A stretch of DNA of 24,054 bases, from positions 1 to 24,054 of the forward strand of contig JBDHKN010000070.1 of NCBI GenBank assembly GCA_039586365.1. Direction: 5' to 3'. The notes beneath the pieces were generated by a model, which ran no database searches, had not been told where the DNA came from, and saw nothing but the letters and a program-made list of their open reading frames with translations. Each line of letters opens with the position of its first letter. The stretch's first letter is position 1. Origin of the DNA: Gemmatimonadota bacterium (lineage in GTDB: Bacteria; Gemmatimonadota; Gemmatimonadetes; Gemmatimonadales; GWC2-71-9). Positions 1 through 9,362 of this stretch are shown in pieces. The translations under genes and the position numbers were made by a program.

Positions 1-1
1 A

Positions 2-2677
2 TCTCCTTTGTTCCGGATCTCTGTGTCGGATCTACCCTACGTCGATCGGGTCGATCTAGAATACCGATTCCCCTCCTATACCGGCCTCAGTTCCCAACGG
101 CAGGAAGACAGCGGTGACATAGCTGCGTTGCAGGGTACCAGGGTCGTATTGAGTGTCATCACGACCATGGAGGTGGGTGGCGGAGCGATAATCCTCAACG
201 ACAAAGACACTCTGCTGCTCGAAGTCGGTGCTGAGGGTGTGTTGACTGGTTCCCTTACAGTGCGACAAGAAGGTCTCTACCGAATCCTGCTCCGCGATTT
301 CCAGGACGAGCTGGTGGTTGGCTCCCCTGACTACATCATCGACGTACTAGAGGATCAGCCCCCGTCCATCTCGTTTACCAGGCCAGGACGCGATATCAAT
401 GTTACCTCGGTCGAGGAAGTCTTCGCCGAGGTACGTGTTGAGGATGACTACGGGATCGGAAGGCTGGAACTCCTCTACTCGGTGAACGGTGGTCCTGAGC
501 AGACCCAGGTACTGTACGCCGGCGGCACTGCACGGCGGCAAGTGACGGCGGGACACACGTTCTTTCTGGAGGAGATAGATCTCGAGCCCGGTGACTTCAT
601 ATCCTACTATGCCCGGGCCACGGAGAGCGAACAGAAAAGGGACGGTCAGGTGGCGGCGACGGACATCTACTTCATGGAGGTGCGGCCGTTCGGACGCGAG
701 TACCGTCAGGCAGAGCAGCAAGGGGGAGGGATGCAGGGTGCAGCCGGCGGAGGACCAACTGGTGAGCTATCCGAGCGCCAGCGTGACATCGTTGCTGGCA
801 CGTTCAAGATGGTGCGGGACCGAGAGCAGTACTCCACCGAAGGGTTCAATGAGAATCTGGCGACTCTGGCCCTCGCCCAGGGCAAGTTGCGAGAGGATGT
901 GCAAACGCTGGTGCAACGGCTCACGACTCGTGGCATCGTCCAGCTGGACTCGAGCTTTCAGGCAGTTGCTGAGGCACTTCCCATAGCTGTGACCGAGATG
1001 GGGATTGCCGAGGAACGGCTCGGCGAGAGAATGCCACAGGACGCTCTATCACCTGAACAGAAAGCCCTCCAGCAACTGCAGCGCGCTGAGGCAGCCTACC
1101 GCGAAACGCAGGTTAGTCGTGGTGAGAACAGGGGTGGCGGTGGGGGTGGTCAGCAATCGGATCCGGAAGATCTGGCTGACTTGTTCGATCTAGAGATGGA
1201 CAAGATGCGGAACCAATACGAGCAGGTCCAGCGGGGTCAACGTCAGCAAATGGACGACGAGCTTGATGAGGTTCAACAGAAACTCAAGGAGCTTGCCCAG
1301 CGCCAACAGCAAGAGAACGAACGGTTGCGTGCCAGGCAGCAGAACCTCGCTGACCAGGCTGCTGGCGGTGGAGGAGAGTCACAGCGCCGATTGGCAGAGG
1401 AAGCTGAGGAACTCGCGCGGCAGCTCGAGCGACTGGCCAGGGAGAATTCGCGGCCAGAGCTAGACCAGACAGCCAGGAGTCTCAGGGAGGCGGCCGAGGA
1501 GATGCGCCGTGCCGCGGCCAACGCCCGAAACAGCGGTGTAGCGCAGGGTGTCGCAGCACTGGACGAGCTTCGCGAAGCTCGTCGTCTGCTGGACCAGAAC
1601 CGCTCATCACAGCTACAGGGTGACGCGCAGGACGTCCTTAGGCGGGTAAAGCGCCTCGCCGAGGATGAGCGGGATATCATCTCTGACGTCGAGAGATTGA
1701 ATGACGGTACTCAGTCTCAGGCCGATCGAATCGGCCGGATGCGCGAGCGCAAGGAGGAGATGGCTGCGGAGGTGGCGGACATCGAGGCGCAGTTGGATCG
1801 TCTAGGTAGGGAATCGCAGCGCGACCAGAAGGATGCTGCGCGAAAGTTGACGGAAGCAGCTAGATCGATTCGTGACGCCAAACTGAGAGAGAAGATTCTC
1901 TACTCACGTGGTGTGATAGAGACAGGCTCTCGGGATTACGCCCGCAACTTCGAAGAGCAGATTGCCTCGGATATTGCCCAGCTCGAGGAGTTGGTTGAGG
2001 AGGGCATTGCAGCCATAGGAGAGTCTCGCGAGCAACGACTCGCCAGGTCACTCGATAGGACTCGGGAGTCGGTGAACGCCCTGGAGTCCATGAACGAGCG
2101 GCTGAGAGAGGCTACTGAGCAGCAGGGACAACAGCAGCCAGGGCAGCAGGGACAACAACAGCCAGGGCAGCAGGGACAGCAACAGCCAGGACAGCAGGGT
2201 CAACAACAGCAAGGACGACAAGAGGGTCAACAGGAACAGAGTGGGCAGAACCGACAAGGTGGCGCACCACCGGCTGGATCTCAGGTCCCCAATCAGAGTG
2301 GCAGTCCGGGACGCCTTCGTCCGGGTGATCTGCGCCAGTTCGGTCGAGAATTGATGGAACGGCAGAACGAACTGACGCAACTACGGCAGGAACTCGAACG
2401 CGAGGGAGTTGACGTTAGTGAACTGGATGAAGTGATCGCAGATCTGCGCAGCCTCAGTCGAAGTCGCGATATCGGTGAACCTCTGGGTCTCGAGCGGTTG
2501 GAATCGGAGATCATCCAGGGACTCAAGGATTTCGAGTACGCCCTGCGGAAGCAGCTGCTCGGAGCAGAGGAAGCTCTTCCCTTCTTGGCCGGCTCAGAAG
2601 ACGTTCCCAGTGAGTATCGGGAACTGGTCGAGGAGTACTATCGGGAGCTGGCGAGGAGCCGGAGGAATAGACGGTGA
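2..2677 (+). CDS. Large DUF4175-like protein (beta-rich domains followed by Q/E/R-rich coiled coils), 5' truncated by the window edge
   Basis: Frame is open from the window edge (tct cct ttg...) to TGA at 2675-2677. Motifs DQPPSISF..PGRD, VEDDYGI and SYYARA, long heptad-rich helices, and a C-terminal 'VPSEYRELVEEYYRELA' are typical of DUF4175-type proteins. Family call is from recognition, not a search. Confidence 0.7.
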   Translation, partial: SPLFRISVSDLPYVDRVDLEYRFPSYTGLSSQRQEDSGDIAALQGTRVVLSVITTMEVGGGAIILNDKDTLLLEVGAEGVLTGSLTVRQEGLYRILLRDFQDELVVGSPDYIIDVLEDQPPSISFTRPGRDINVTSVEEVFAEVRVEDDYGIGRLELLYSVNGGPEQTQVLYAGGTARRQVTAGHTFFLEEIDLEPGDFISYYARATESEQKRDGQVAATDIYFMEVRPFGREYRQAEQQGGGMQGAAGGGPTGELSERQRDIVAGTFKMVRDREQYSTEGFNENLATLALAQGKLREDVQTLVQRLTTRGIVQLDSSFQAVAEALPIAVTEMGIAEERLGERMPQDALSPEQKALQQLQRAEAAYRETQVSRGENRGGGGGGQQSDPEDLADLFDLEMDKMRNQYEQVQRGQRQQMDDELDEVQQKLKELAQRQQQENERLRARQQNLADQAAGGGGESQRRLAEEAEELARQLERLARENSRPELDQTARSLREAAEEMRRAAANARNSGVAQGVAALDELREARRLLDQNRSSQLQGDAQDVLRRVKRLAEDERDIISDVERLNDGTQSQADRIGRMRERKEEMAAEVADIEAQLDRLGRESQRDQKDAARKLTEAARSIRDAKLREKILYSRGVIETGSRDYARNFEEQIASDIAQLEELVEEGIAAIGESREQRLARSLDRTRESVNALESMNERLREATEQQGQQQPGQQGQQQPGQQGQQQPGQQGQQQQGRQEGQQEQSGQNRQGGAPPAGSQVPNQSGSPGRLRPGDLRQFGRELMERQNELTQLRQELEREGVDVSELDEVIADLRSLSRSRDIGEPLGLERLESEIIQGLKDFEYALRKQLLGAEEALPFLAGSEDVPSEYRELVEEYYRELARSRRNRR
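2120..2215 (+). repeat. In-frame 24-bp tandem repeat x4 encoding QQGQQQPG
   Basis: Units at 2120-2143 (cagcagggacaacagcagccaggg), 2144-2167, 2168-2191 and 2192-2215. Differences are mostly synonymous; the last unit has Q in place of P. Confidence 0.95.
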
Positions 2678-2743
2678 AACATGGTGAGGGATGGTGAGGA
2701 TCCCCTCACCGTTCCCCCACCACCTGCACAGTCTTTCACCGTC
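2670..2743. repeat. Nested inverted repeat with 10-bp-periodic GGTGA units between convergent genes; possible bidirectional terminator or REP-like element
   Basis: gacggtgaaa (2670-2679) is the reverse complement of tttcaccgtc (2734-2743). ggtgaggg (2683-2690) pairs with ccctcacc (2703-2710). Direct units are acggtgaaac / atggtgaggg / atggtgagga. Confidence 0.65.
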
Positions 2744-3206
2744 CTCTTACCAGCTCATCAAACACCTGCGCTGGGTGATCAGCCGCCTTCGCCACACGGG
2801 GCCAGTGCTTCTTCACCTTGCCATCCGGCCCGACCCACACGGTCGAGCGGATTACGCCCATAGTCTTCTTGCCGTACATGGTCTTCTCGCCAAACGCCCC
2901 GTACTGCGTCATCACCTTCTTTTCAGGGTCAGAGAGCAGAGTAAATGGAAGTCCGTACTTGGCTCGGAACCGCCCGTGCGCTGAAAGACTGTCCGGTGAG
3001 ATACCCAGCACAACTGTATCCAGCTTGCGGATATCCTCCCAGAGGTTGCGGAAACCGCATGCTTCCTTCGTGCAGCCAGGCGTGTCGTCTCTTGGATAGA
3101 AATACACGATGACGTGCTTGCCGCGGAAATCCTTGAGCGACACGTTGCTGCCGTCCTGATCCTTCAAAGTGAAGGCGGGTGCGGGTTTTCCCTCTATGAC
3201 AGGCAT
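2736..3206 (-). CDS. bcp: Thioredoxin-dependent peroxiredoxin, BCP/PrxQ family
   Basis: YFYPRDDTPGCTKEAC (peroxidatic CxxxxC), GISPD, FTLLSD and IRST motifs. Start re-assigned to ATG 3206 (MPVIEGKPAPAF), which follows a purine-rich RBS. Confidence 0.93.
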   Translation of the reverse strand: MPVIEGKPAPAFTLKDQDGSNVSLKDFRGKHVIVYFYPRDDTPGCTKEACGFRNLWEDIRKLDTVVLGISPDSLSAHGRFRAKYGLPFTLLSDPEKKVMTQYGAFGEKTMYGKKTMGVIRSTVWVGPDGKVKKHWPRVAKAADHPAQVFDELVRGR

Positions 3207-3240
3207 CTTCCCCCTTCCTCCATGCAGGTCCAAAAACATC

Positions 3241-3849
3241 CTACTGTGCAACCAGCTGTGCTGGGACAGAGACCCGAATAAGGCCACGCAACTCCCCACT
3301 GGCATATCCCGTGGCCCGATCCTCTGGGTAACGCGCCGTGAGCCGTTGTATGACCGCAGGATCGATTTCGCCCGGATTGCCATGGCACTGTAGGCACAGT
3401 TGGTTCACTATGAGCGGCTGATAATAGCGGAATTCGTCGATCGATACTCGCTGCACGTAATTTGACGGTAAACTGTCCCTTTCCTGCAGGGTGCTAGTGA
3501 AGTAGTCAATAGCCGCGGCCTCGAGATCGTCGGGTGCGTTCGCAGGATTCCGGTACTTCAATGTTGTCCTCTTGATCACCAAGCCCCGTCCCAGACGATC
3601 TTGAACGTCGGCGGTGAGTCGGACTGCTTCACTGGAACAGAAATCCACCGCATGGGTCAACCCACCCTCCTGTATTGCAGCACTCAGGTTCGTGACCAAA
3701 CTGGTTGCGAGAAGTCCTGCCGATTCCTGCCCGATCGTGCGGACCTGTGCCTCCTCCTCCATGCTCACCTGCGGAGCCTCAGATGCGCACCCGAACGCGA
3801 ATGTACAGGCGAGAGCGGTTCCGAGGCTGTTCCCTGAGACTGTCAACAT
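3241..3849 (-). CDS. DUF3365-family mono-haem cytochrome c, probable lipoprotein
   Basis: CLQCH haem motif, AVDFCS, RNPANAPD and YPEDRATGY..GELRG. N-terminal lipobox-like FAFG-C. Start ATG 3849 follows GGAG. Confidence 0.85.
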   Translation of the reverse strand: MLTVSGNSLGTALACTFAFGCASEAPQVSMEEEAQVRTIGQESAGLLATSLVTNLSAAIQEGGLTHAVDFCSSEAVRLTADVQDRLGRGLVIKRTTLKYRNPANAPDDLEAAAIDYFTSTLQERDSLPSNYVQRVSIDEFRYYQPLIVNQLCLQCHGNPGEIDPAVIQRLTARYPEDRATGYASGELRGLIRVSVPAQLVAQ

Positions 3850-3922
3850 CAACTGGCTCCTATGGCTGGTGTCTGTGGTACAAATCCAGAACTGGCCCAC
3901 GTTCGAGCCCTGTCCCCCTGCG

Positions 3923-5977
3923 TCACTGATCCCCGCGATACCTGTCGAACCACGCCAGGACATGAGCCACTTTGGCAATGAGGTTGCTGGGCCGTGATGC
4001 GATCCCGTGTGAGGCGTCCGGTATTCGCACCAGAGCTGCGTCGATTTTCCGCAACTTGAGCGCCTGATAGAACTGCTCCGATTCAGATATCGGCGTGCGG
4101 TGATCGGCTTCCCCGGTGACGAGCATGGTGGGTGTTGTGACGTTACCGACCAAGGACAGTGGAGAGCGGCTCATATAGTGCTCGGCATGATCCCAAGGAA
4201 AACCGGGGAACCAGTACTTGGTGAAGTTGGTGTAGAAATCCGATGTCAGGACAAAGCTGTACCAGTTTATGACCGGCTTCTGCACCACTGCCGCCCGGAA
4301 CCGGCTCGTCTTACCGACAATCCAGCTCGACAGTACCCCTCCGCCACTGCCGCCGGTAACGAACATGTTCTCACGGTCGATGTATCCACGATCGATGACG
4401 GCGTCTACTCCAGACATCAGGTCGTCATAGTCGTGCCCTGGATAGGCATGGTGTATCAGGTTGCCGAATTCCTCGCCGTAGCTCGTGCTGCCACGTGGGT
4501 TTGTGTAGAGCACCACGTACCCGGCGGCCGCATACAGCTGTATCTCGGCTGCGAACCGGTCTCCATAGTTGGCAAATGGTCCACCGTGTATTTCGAGGAT
4601 CAGAGGGTACTTCCGTTGCGGATCGAATCCGGGAGGCCTCATGATCCAACCTTGGATTTTGCGACCGTCGTAGGACGACTGGTACCAAATCTCTTCAACT
4701 TCTCCCAGTTGTTTGTGGCCCAAAAGATCACTATTCAGGTCCGTCAATCGCCGCCCACTCGTGGCCCCTGCATCGAGTACTGCGATATCCGCTGGGTGGT
4801 CAGGGCGGGAGTGAGTGTAAGCGAAGTTGCCGTTGTGCGACACAGAGAACCTACCGCCACCATAGGGTCGCCCCAGCGACAAACCGCCTACATCGCCCAC
4901 TAGCGTGCTGACAGCCCCACTCAGCGACAGGTGGGCGAGTTTCGTGTTTCCTGCATCGTCGTATTGAAAGTAGATGCCACTGCCGTCCGCACTCCACACC
5001 GCGCCCTCGATGTCGCGGTCAAAGCTCCCCGTGACGAGTCGTGATGCGCTTCCGTCCCGGTTCATGATATACAGACGTGTGACCTGATAACCCTGCTCTC
5101 GGTCGTCATAGCCCACGTACGCGATTTGGCTTCCGTCGGGTGACAACGACGGGCTGTCGTCCGGGCCCTGACGCTCGGTGAGTGCCGTCGTCGATCCGTC
5201 GGCGAGAGACAGCTCATAGACCTCGGAATTCTGCGGGTCGTACTCCCAGTCGCCTCGCCGGTTCGCTGAAAAAATGAGAGTGGCGCCGTCGGGCGTCCAC
5301 GAGAGTGGGCCCCCGTGATTATAAGGACCGGAGGTAACCTGCCGCGGCGTACCCCCTTCTGCAGGTACAACAAACAGCTGGGTGTGACCGTCTTCGAGGT
5401 AGCCCGCACCGTCGGAGCGGTACAGCACCTTCTCAATGACCTTGGCCGGCTTGGCCCACTCGGCGCCTTCCGGCTTTAGTGGCATCTCGATGAAGCTCTT
5501 AACCGGCTCGGCCACGAACATCGCGAAGGCAATCCACTCGCCATCCGGTGACCACGTCATCGCGCTGGGAGGTTTGGTCAAGTTGGTGATTCGCGCCGTC
5601 TGTCCGGTGTCCATCCAGCGTACGTATAGTTGGGTAGAACCGTCAAAACGGCCCGTGTACAGCAGGCGGTTGCCGTCCGGCGACCAACGAGGCGATGAGA
5701 GGTAGTCGTTGCCAGACGTCAGGGGCCGGTGATCCGATCCGTCGTAATTGATGATCCACAAGCTCGATATCGGGCGGTCTGTCATGATGTCCATGCGGGT
5801 CCTTGCGTATACGATCTTGCTGCCGTCAGGAGAGATCTGTGGATCGGCCGCGAACTCCAACTGGAACACATCGGCCGGTTCGAACCGGGTGCCACTCTGG
5901 GCATTGACGGCACCAATTGGTGCACCCGAGGCCAGCGCTACCAAGCACCAGCCCAGTCTGGCCGCCATCTGTCTCAT
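3923..5977 (-). CDS. Secreted S9-family peptidase (dipeptidyl/acylaminoacyl peptidase, PD40 beta-propeller + hydrolase domain)
   Basis: Signal peptide, repeated WSPDG propeller motifs, IHGGP, NPRGSTSYG, nucleophile GGSGGG, and triad D (EADHRT) and H (ASHGI). Start ATG 5977 follows AGGAG. Confidence 0.93.
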   Translation of the reverse strand: MRQMAARLGWCLVALASGAPIGAVNAQSGTRFEPADVFQLEFAADPQISPDGSKIVYARTRMDIMTDRPISSLWIINYDGSDHRPLTSGNDYLSSPRWSPDGNRLLYTGRFDGSTQLYVRWMDTGQTARITNLTKPPSAMTWSPDGEWIAFAMFVAEPVKSFIEMPLKPEGAEWAKPAKVIEKVLYRSDGAGYLEDGHTQLFVVPAEGGTPRQVTSGPYNHGGPLSWTPDGATLIFSANRRGDWEYDPQNSEVYELSLADGSTTALTERQGPDDSPSLSPDGSQIAYVGYDDREQGYQVTRLYIMNRDGSASRLVTGSFDRDIEGAVWSADGSGIYFQYDDAGNTKLAHLSLSGAVSTLVGDVGGLSLGRPYGGGRFSVSHNGNFAYTHSRPDHPADIAVLDAGATSGRRLTDLNSDLLGHKQLGEVEEIWYQSSYDGRKIQGWIMRPPGFDPQRKYPLILEIHGGPFANYGDRFAAEIQLYAAAGYVVLYTNPRGSTSYGEEFGNLIHHAYPGHDYDDLMSGVDAVIDRGYIDRENMFVTGGSGGGVLSSWIVGKTSRFRAAVVQKPVINWYSFVLTSDFYTNFTKYWFPGFPWDHAEHYMSRSPLSLVGNVTTPTMLVTGEADHRTPISESEQFYQALKLRKIDAALVRIPDASHGIASRPSNLIAKVAHVLAWFDRYRGDQ

Positions 5978-6021
5978 CAGCTGTTCTCCTACTGTTTGGT
6001 GGTAGGACTCGTGAGTCATCT

Positions 6022-6049
6022 CAGCGCGACCCTGCGGGGAGTCGTGCTG
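6022..6049. terminator. GC-rich hairpin between the hydrolase and S9 peptidase genes (possible terminator or processing stem)
   Basis: cagcgcgac (6022-6030) pairs with gtcgtgctg (6041-6049) with one G-U pair. No U-tract. Confidence 0.3.
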
Positions 6050-6070
6050 CGTTCCGCGTCGTTCAGTGTT

Positions 6071-6745
6071 TCAAGAGAGGGCCCGTCGCGTCCACGTGCT
6101 GATCGCTTCAGCCAGCTCTTGCATGACCTCGTGCTCGTTCCGTCCCGAACGTTTGAGCACGTTGAATGAGTGATCGCCGCCCTGGACCTTATGCAGTGTT
6201 GCGATGGGGCCAAGTTGATTGATGATTGGCTCGAACAACTCGAGATCGGCGAGATCATCCCGCGTTCCCTGTAGGAACAGCATCGGAACTCGAATGCTGC
6301 TCAGATGCTCGCTGCGCTTGACGTTCGGTTTCCTGGGAGCGTGGAGCGGATAGCCAAGAAAGATCAGTCCCTTGATCACTACTGGTGCATCGCTGGCGAC
6401 CACGTGCGAGCTGATGCGTCCACCCAATGACTTCCCCCCGGCCAGGATTGGCAGGTCTTGAGCCGCATCGTGGGCGGCCGCGACCGCGGCGCGGACGGTT
6501 GCTGCTAGCACACTTGGTGAGTCTGGACTCCTTCGCCCTGCCTCCATGTAGGGAAACTGATAACGGAACGTTGCGATGCCTTGGTGAAACAGGTGGGTTG
6601 CGACGGAATCCATGAACCTGTGCCGCATCCCAGCACCGGCTCCGTGACCCAGCACGTAAAGCAAGCGTGCTCCAGCGGGCCGCAGCAACAGAGCTGAGAC
6701 CGATCCCTTGTCGGTGATTTCGAAGCTCAGGGCTAGTTCCGTCAT
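6071..6745 (-). CDS. Alpha/beta hydrolase, KANSL3/Tex30-like (COG3571-type)
   Basis: HGAGAGM, RYQFPYM, nucleophile GGKSLGGR, GYPLH, QGTRD (Asp) and GGDHSF (His). Confidence 0.88.
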   Translation of the reverse strand: MTELALSFEITDKGSVSALLLRPAGARLLYVLGHGAGAGMRHRFMDSVATHLFHQGIATFRYQFPYMEAGRRSPDSPSVLAATVRAAVAAAHDAAQDLPILAGGKSLGGRISSHVVASDAPVVIKGLIFLGYPLHAPRKPNVKRSEHLSSIRVPMLFLQGTRDDLADLELFEPIINQLGPIATLHKVQGGDHSFNVLKRSGRNEHEVMQELAEAISTWTRRALS

Positions 6746-6824
6746 GAGCTACGATCTGTCACGCGCATGGACTGGCATGCTGCAAAGAAATGCCGCATAC
6801 ACCAGTCGGCAAGGTCGCGCTACC

Positions 6825-9335
6825 TCAAGTGATCTTGTCAGTCAACAGACGCAATGCCCGATGCAGGTCCGGTCTCAAACTCAGAATGCCTATGAGGGGG
6901 TCTTCAATCATACGCTTCATTCGATGAGGGACAGTCTTGATAGTGTGCTTGCGAATATCGAGTCTGGTCGTCACTTCGCTCCACTTGAGTGGAACACTGA
7001 CTGGCGCTCCTGGCAGGGGTCTGACACAGAAAGGCGAGACCAACAAACGGCCGTGACCGTTCTGCAAGTAGTCGATGTACACCTTTCCCTCCCTCTTGGA
7101 GGGAACACGTGCGATGGTCGCGATCTCGGGCAGTTCGGCCACGATAACGCGGGCGAGTAGATGTCCCAGCGTGCGCGACTGCTCGTACGTGCACTGATGA
7201 CCCAGCGGAATCAGTACATGCAGTCCGGTCGAACCACTCGACTTGACGTAGCATGGGAGTTCAATCTGAGCACACAGCGATCGGAGCGCTTTGGCGATCC
7301 TAACCACCTCTTTGAATGGCGCATCCTTGGGGTCGAGATCGAGGATACACCAGTCCGGTCGCTCCAACGTTGCAACCCTGCTGGACCAGATATGCAGCGG
7401 TATGGTCCCCAAGTTGATTATGTAGAGAAGAGAATCCACATCTTCGGCTACGAAGTAGTCGAGTTCGCGCTCTGATCCCTCACTCCATAGCTTGAGACGG
7501 CGAATCCAGTCTGGAGCGAACTTGGGAGCGTCCTTCTGAAAGAACGATTTACCAGCGATACCATCTGGATAACGGGTCATGACGAGCGGACGATCGTGCA
7601 GATAAGGAATCAGCCACTCGGCGATCTCCCCGTAGTACTCGAGCAAGTCCCCTTTGGTGTACTCCTGGTTGGGCCAGAACACCTTGCTCAGATTTGTGAA
7701 GGAGACAACACGCGCCTTCTCGGCTGAGTCGACGACTGTCACGGGTTCGGCTTCGCTGGTGGGAAGCTGTTCGGAAACACAGTCCTTGGGGGGTTTGTCG
7801 TCACGGAACCTGATGAAGGATGAGTGGCGTAACAATCCCGCATCGGTGATCTCACGAAATCTGATCTCACAGACCAGCTCCGGCTCGACCCAATAGTTGC
7901 CCTTTCCGGTAGGCGGCTCGCCTCCACAAGGCGGATCAGCCCGAAGCAACTCGTCGAGCTGAGTCCGTACCTCGCCCAGTTGCGGGTCGGTGAAGCCGCT
8001 GCCCACCCTCCCGCTGTATATCAAGCTTTCAGCATGGTACTGGGCGACATGGAGCGCACCAAAACCACCCCGCATTCCTTTGCGGTCTGTGAATCCCACC
8101 ACCACGAAGTCGTCGGTACGATCGGCCCTTATCTTGAGCCAGTCAGGCGAGCGGCCCGCCCGATACGCCGAATCCGCCTTCTTGGCAACAACTCCTTCCA
8201 GGCGCAGCCGCTGCACCTGCTCGAACATCGCCTCGCCGTCCCCTTCGATGTGATCGGAGAATCGCAGCGGTCCTACCGAAGGGAGGATCTCCCTGAGAAT
8301 TGACTTCCGTTCGTATAGCGGCAATGGCCTGAGGTTGAAACCCTCAAAGCCAAGCAGATCGAAAAGGTATAGCGTAGCAGGATGCTCCGCCGCCGCACGT
8401 TGTATCTCACTGCGACGGCTGAGGCGTCCCCTCTTCTGTAGGCGCTGGAAGCTGGGGAGCCCCCGTTCGTTATGTACGACCACCTCGCCGTCCATCACGA
8501 GATCCTTGAAGGGTAGGGCGCTCACCGCACGGGCAACTTCTGGGAAGGTGTTGGTGAGGTCATTCCCCGCCCGTGAAAGTAGCACGGCGGCACTTTCTAC
8601 ACAGCCAGCTACCAGACGGTATCCGTCGTACTTAAGCTCGAACATCCAACCCGGCTTCGTGAACGGTTCGCGCCTCGCTGCAGCCAGCATGACTTTGACA
8701 CTCGACGGCCTGACCCGCTTCTCCGGTGCATCAAGTTTGCGGAGCCTGCGAACGAGTGACGCTGCCTTGTCAACACCATCTCTCAGCTCCTCCACAGTGC
8801 GCCCCGAGAAGATCGAGTCGGGTGGTAGCGATTCGGTTCCTTGGTCAGCGACGTGGCCATCTCGTTCTTTAATGAAGAGCCAATCTTGCTTGGTCTTCAC
8901 CAGGGTCCACTTGCCACGCAGCTTGTAGCCTCTGAGTTCGAAGAGGAGCTTCCCTTTTTCCAAGCCTTCGTCTGGGTCTTCCAGCGGGATCCAGATCCCC
9001 TGGTCCCATACGATCACAGCTCCAGCTCCGTAGTTGCCTTCAGGTATGATGCCCTCGAAGTCGCCGTACTCGACGGGATGATCTTCAGTGTGGACGGCCA
9101 GCCTCTTGTCGTGAGGATTCGGCGACGGACCCTTGGGAACCGCCCAGGAAACCAAGACCCCGTTCATCTCCAGACGGAGGTCATAGTGGATACGGCGTGC
9201 AGCGTGCTGTTGGACCACGAAGAGCCTGCCACCCAGGTCCGAAGCGCCCCCGAATGGTTCCGGAGTCCGATCAGCCGATCTCTTTGCCCGATAAGTACTT
9301 AGCCTGTCTGATCCCGGCTCTTTTCTTGCGGCCAT
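6825..9335 (-). CDS. ligD: NHEJ DNA ligase D (phosphoesterase - ATP-dependent ligase/OB - primase-polymerase)
   Basis: PE domain: FVVQQHAARRIHYDLRLE, SWAVPKGP, TEDHP. Ligase: ELKYDGYR, MDGEVV, FDLL, EGVVAK, WLKI, YSGRVGSG. POL domain: TNLSKVFWP, RYPDG, FFQK, LDLDP, KSSGSTGLH, IDYLQN. Confidence 0.97.
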   Translation of the reverse strand: MAARKEPGSDRLSTYRAKRSADRTPEPFGGASDLGGRLFVVQQHAARRIHYDLRLEMNGVLVSWAVPKGPSPNPHDKRLAVHTEDHPVEYGDFEGIIPEGNYGAGAVIVWDQGIWIPLEDPDEGLEKGKLLFELRGYKLRGKWTLVKTKQDWLFIKERDGHVADQGTESLPPDSIFSGRTVEELRDGVDKAASLVRRLRKLDAPEKRVRPSSVKVMLAAARREPFTKPGWMFELKYDGYRLVAGCVESAAVLLSRAGNDLTNTFPEVARAVSALPFKDLVMDGEVVVHNERGLPSFQRLQKRGRLSRRSEIQRAAAEHPATLYLFDLLGFEGFNLRPLPLYERKSILREILPSVGPLRFSDHIEGDGEAMFEQVQRLRLEGVVAKKADSAYRAGRSPDWLKIRADRTDDFVVVGFTDRKGMRGGFGALHVAQYHAESLIYSGRVGSGFTDPQLGEVRTQLDELLRADPPCGGEPPTGKGNYWVEPELVCEIRFREITDAGLLRHSSFIRFRDDKPPKDCVSEQLPTSEAEPVTVVDSAEKARVVSFTNLSKVFWPNQEYTKGDLLEYYGEIAEWLIPYLHDRPLVMTRYPDGIAGKSFFQKDAPKFAPDWIRRLKLWSEGSERELDYFVAEDVDSLLYIINLGTIPLHIWSSRVATLERPDWCILDLDPKDAPFKEVVRIAKALRSLCAQIELPCYVKSSGSTGLHVLIPLGHQCTYEQSRTLGHLLARVIVAELPEIATIARVPSKREGKVYIDYLQNGHGRLLVSPFCVRPLPGAPVSVPLKWSEVTTRLDIRKHTIKTVPHRMKRMIEDPLIGILSLRPDLHRALRLLTDKIT

Positions 9336-9362
9336 AGGCGTAAGTCTATATAGATTGACCCC
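9336..9362. promoter_or_regulatory. Putative bidirectional leaderless promoter shared by ligD and ku
   Basis: 27-bp gap with a perfect palindrome TCTATATAGA (9345-9354). + strand TAGATT (9351-9356) lies 6 nt before the ku ATG. - strand TAGACT (9348-9343) lies 7 nt before the ligD ATG. No Shine-Dalgarno on either side. Confidence 0.6.

Noticed and set aside
2120..2215. Repeat array as a CRISPR
   Set aside because: The units are contiguous with no spacers, lie in frame in a CDS, and there are no cas genes.
3207..3383. N-terminal extension of bcp in the ORF track (likewise the long starts at 3978, 6019 and 19589)
   Set aside because: Most of these extensions overlap neighbouring genes. Downstream starts have RBSs and match the expected family N-termini.
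4100..4903. Long antisense or alternative-frame ORFs (e.g. 4100-4903, 8335-8928, 11545-12192, 12555-13199, 21683-22360, 23112-23706)
   Set aside because: They are shadows of well-supported genes in GC-rich DNA and carry no recognisable motifs.
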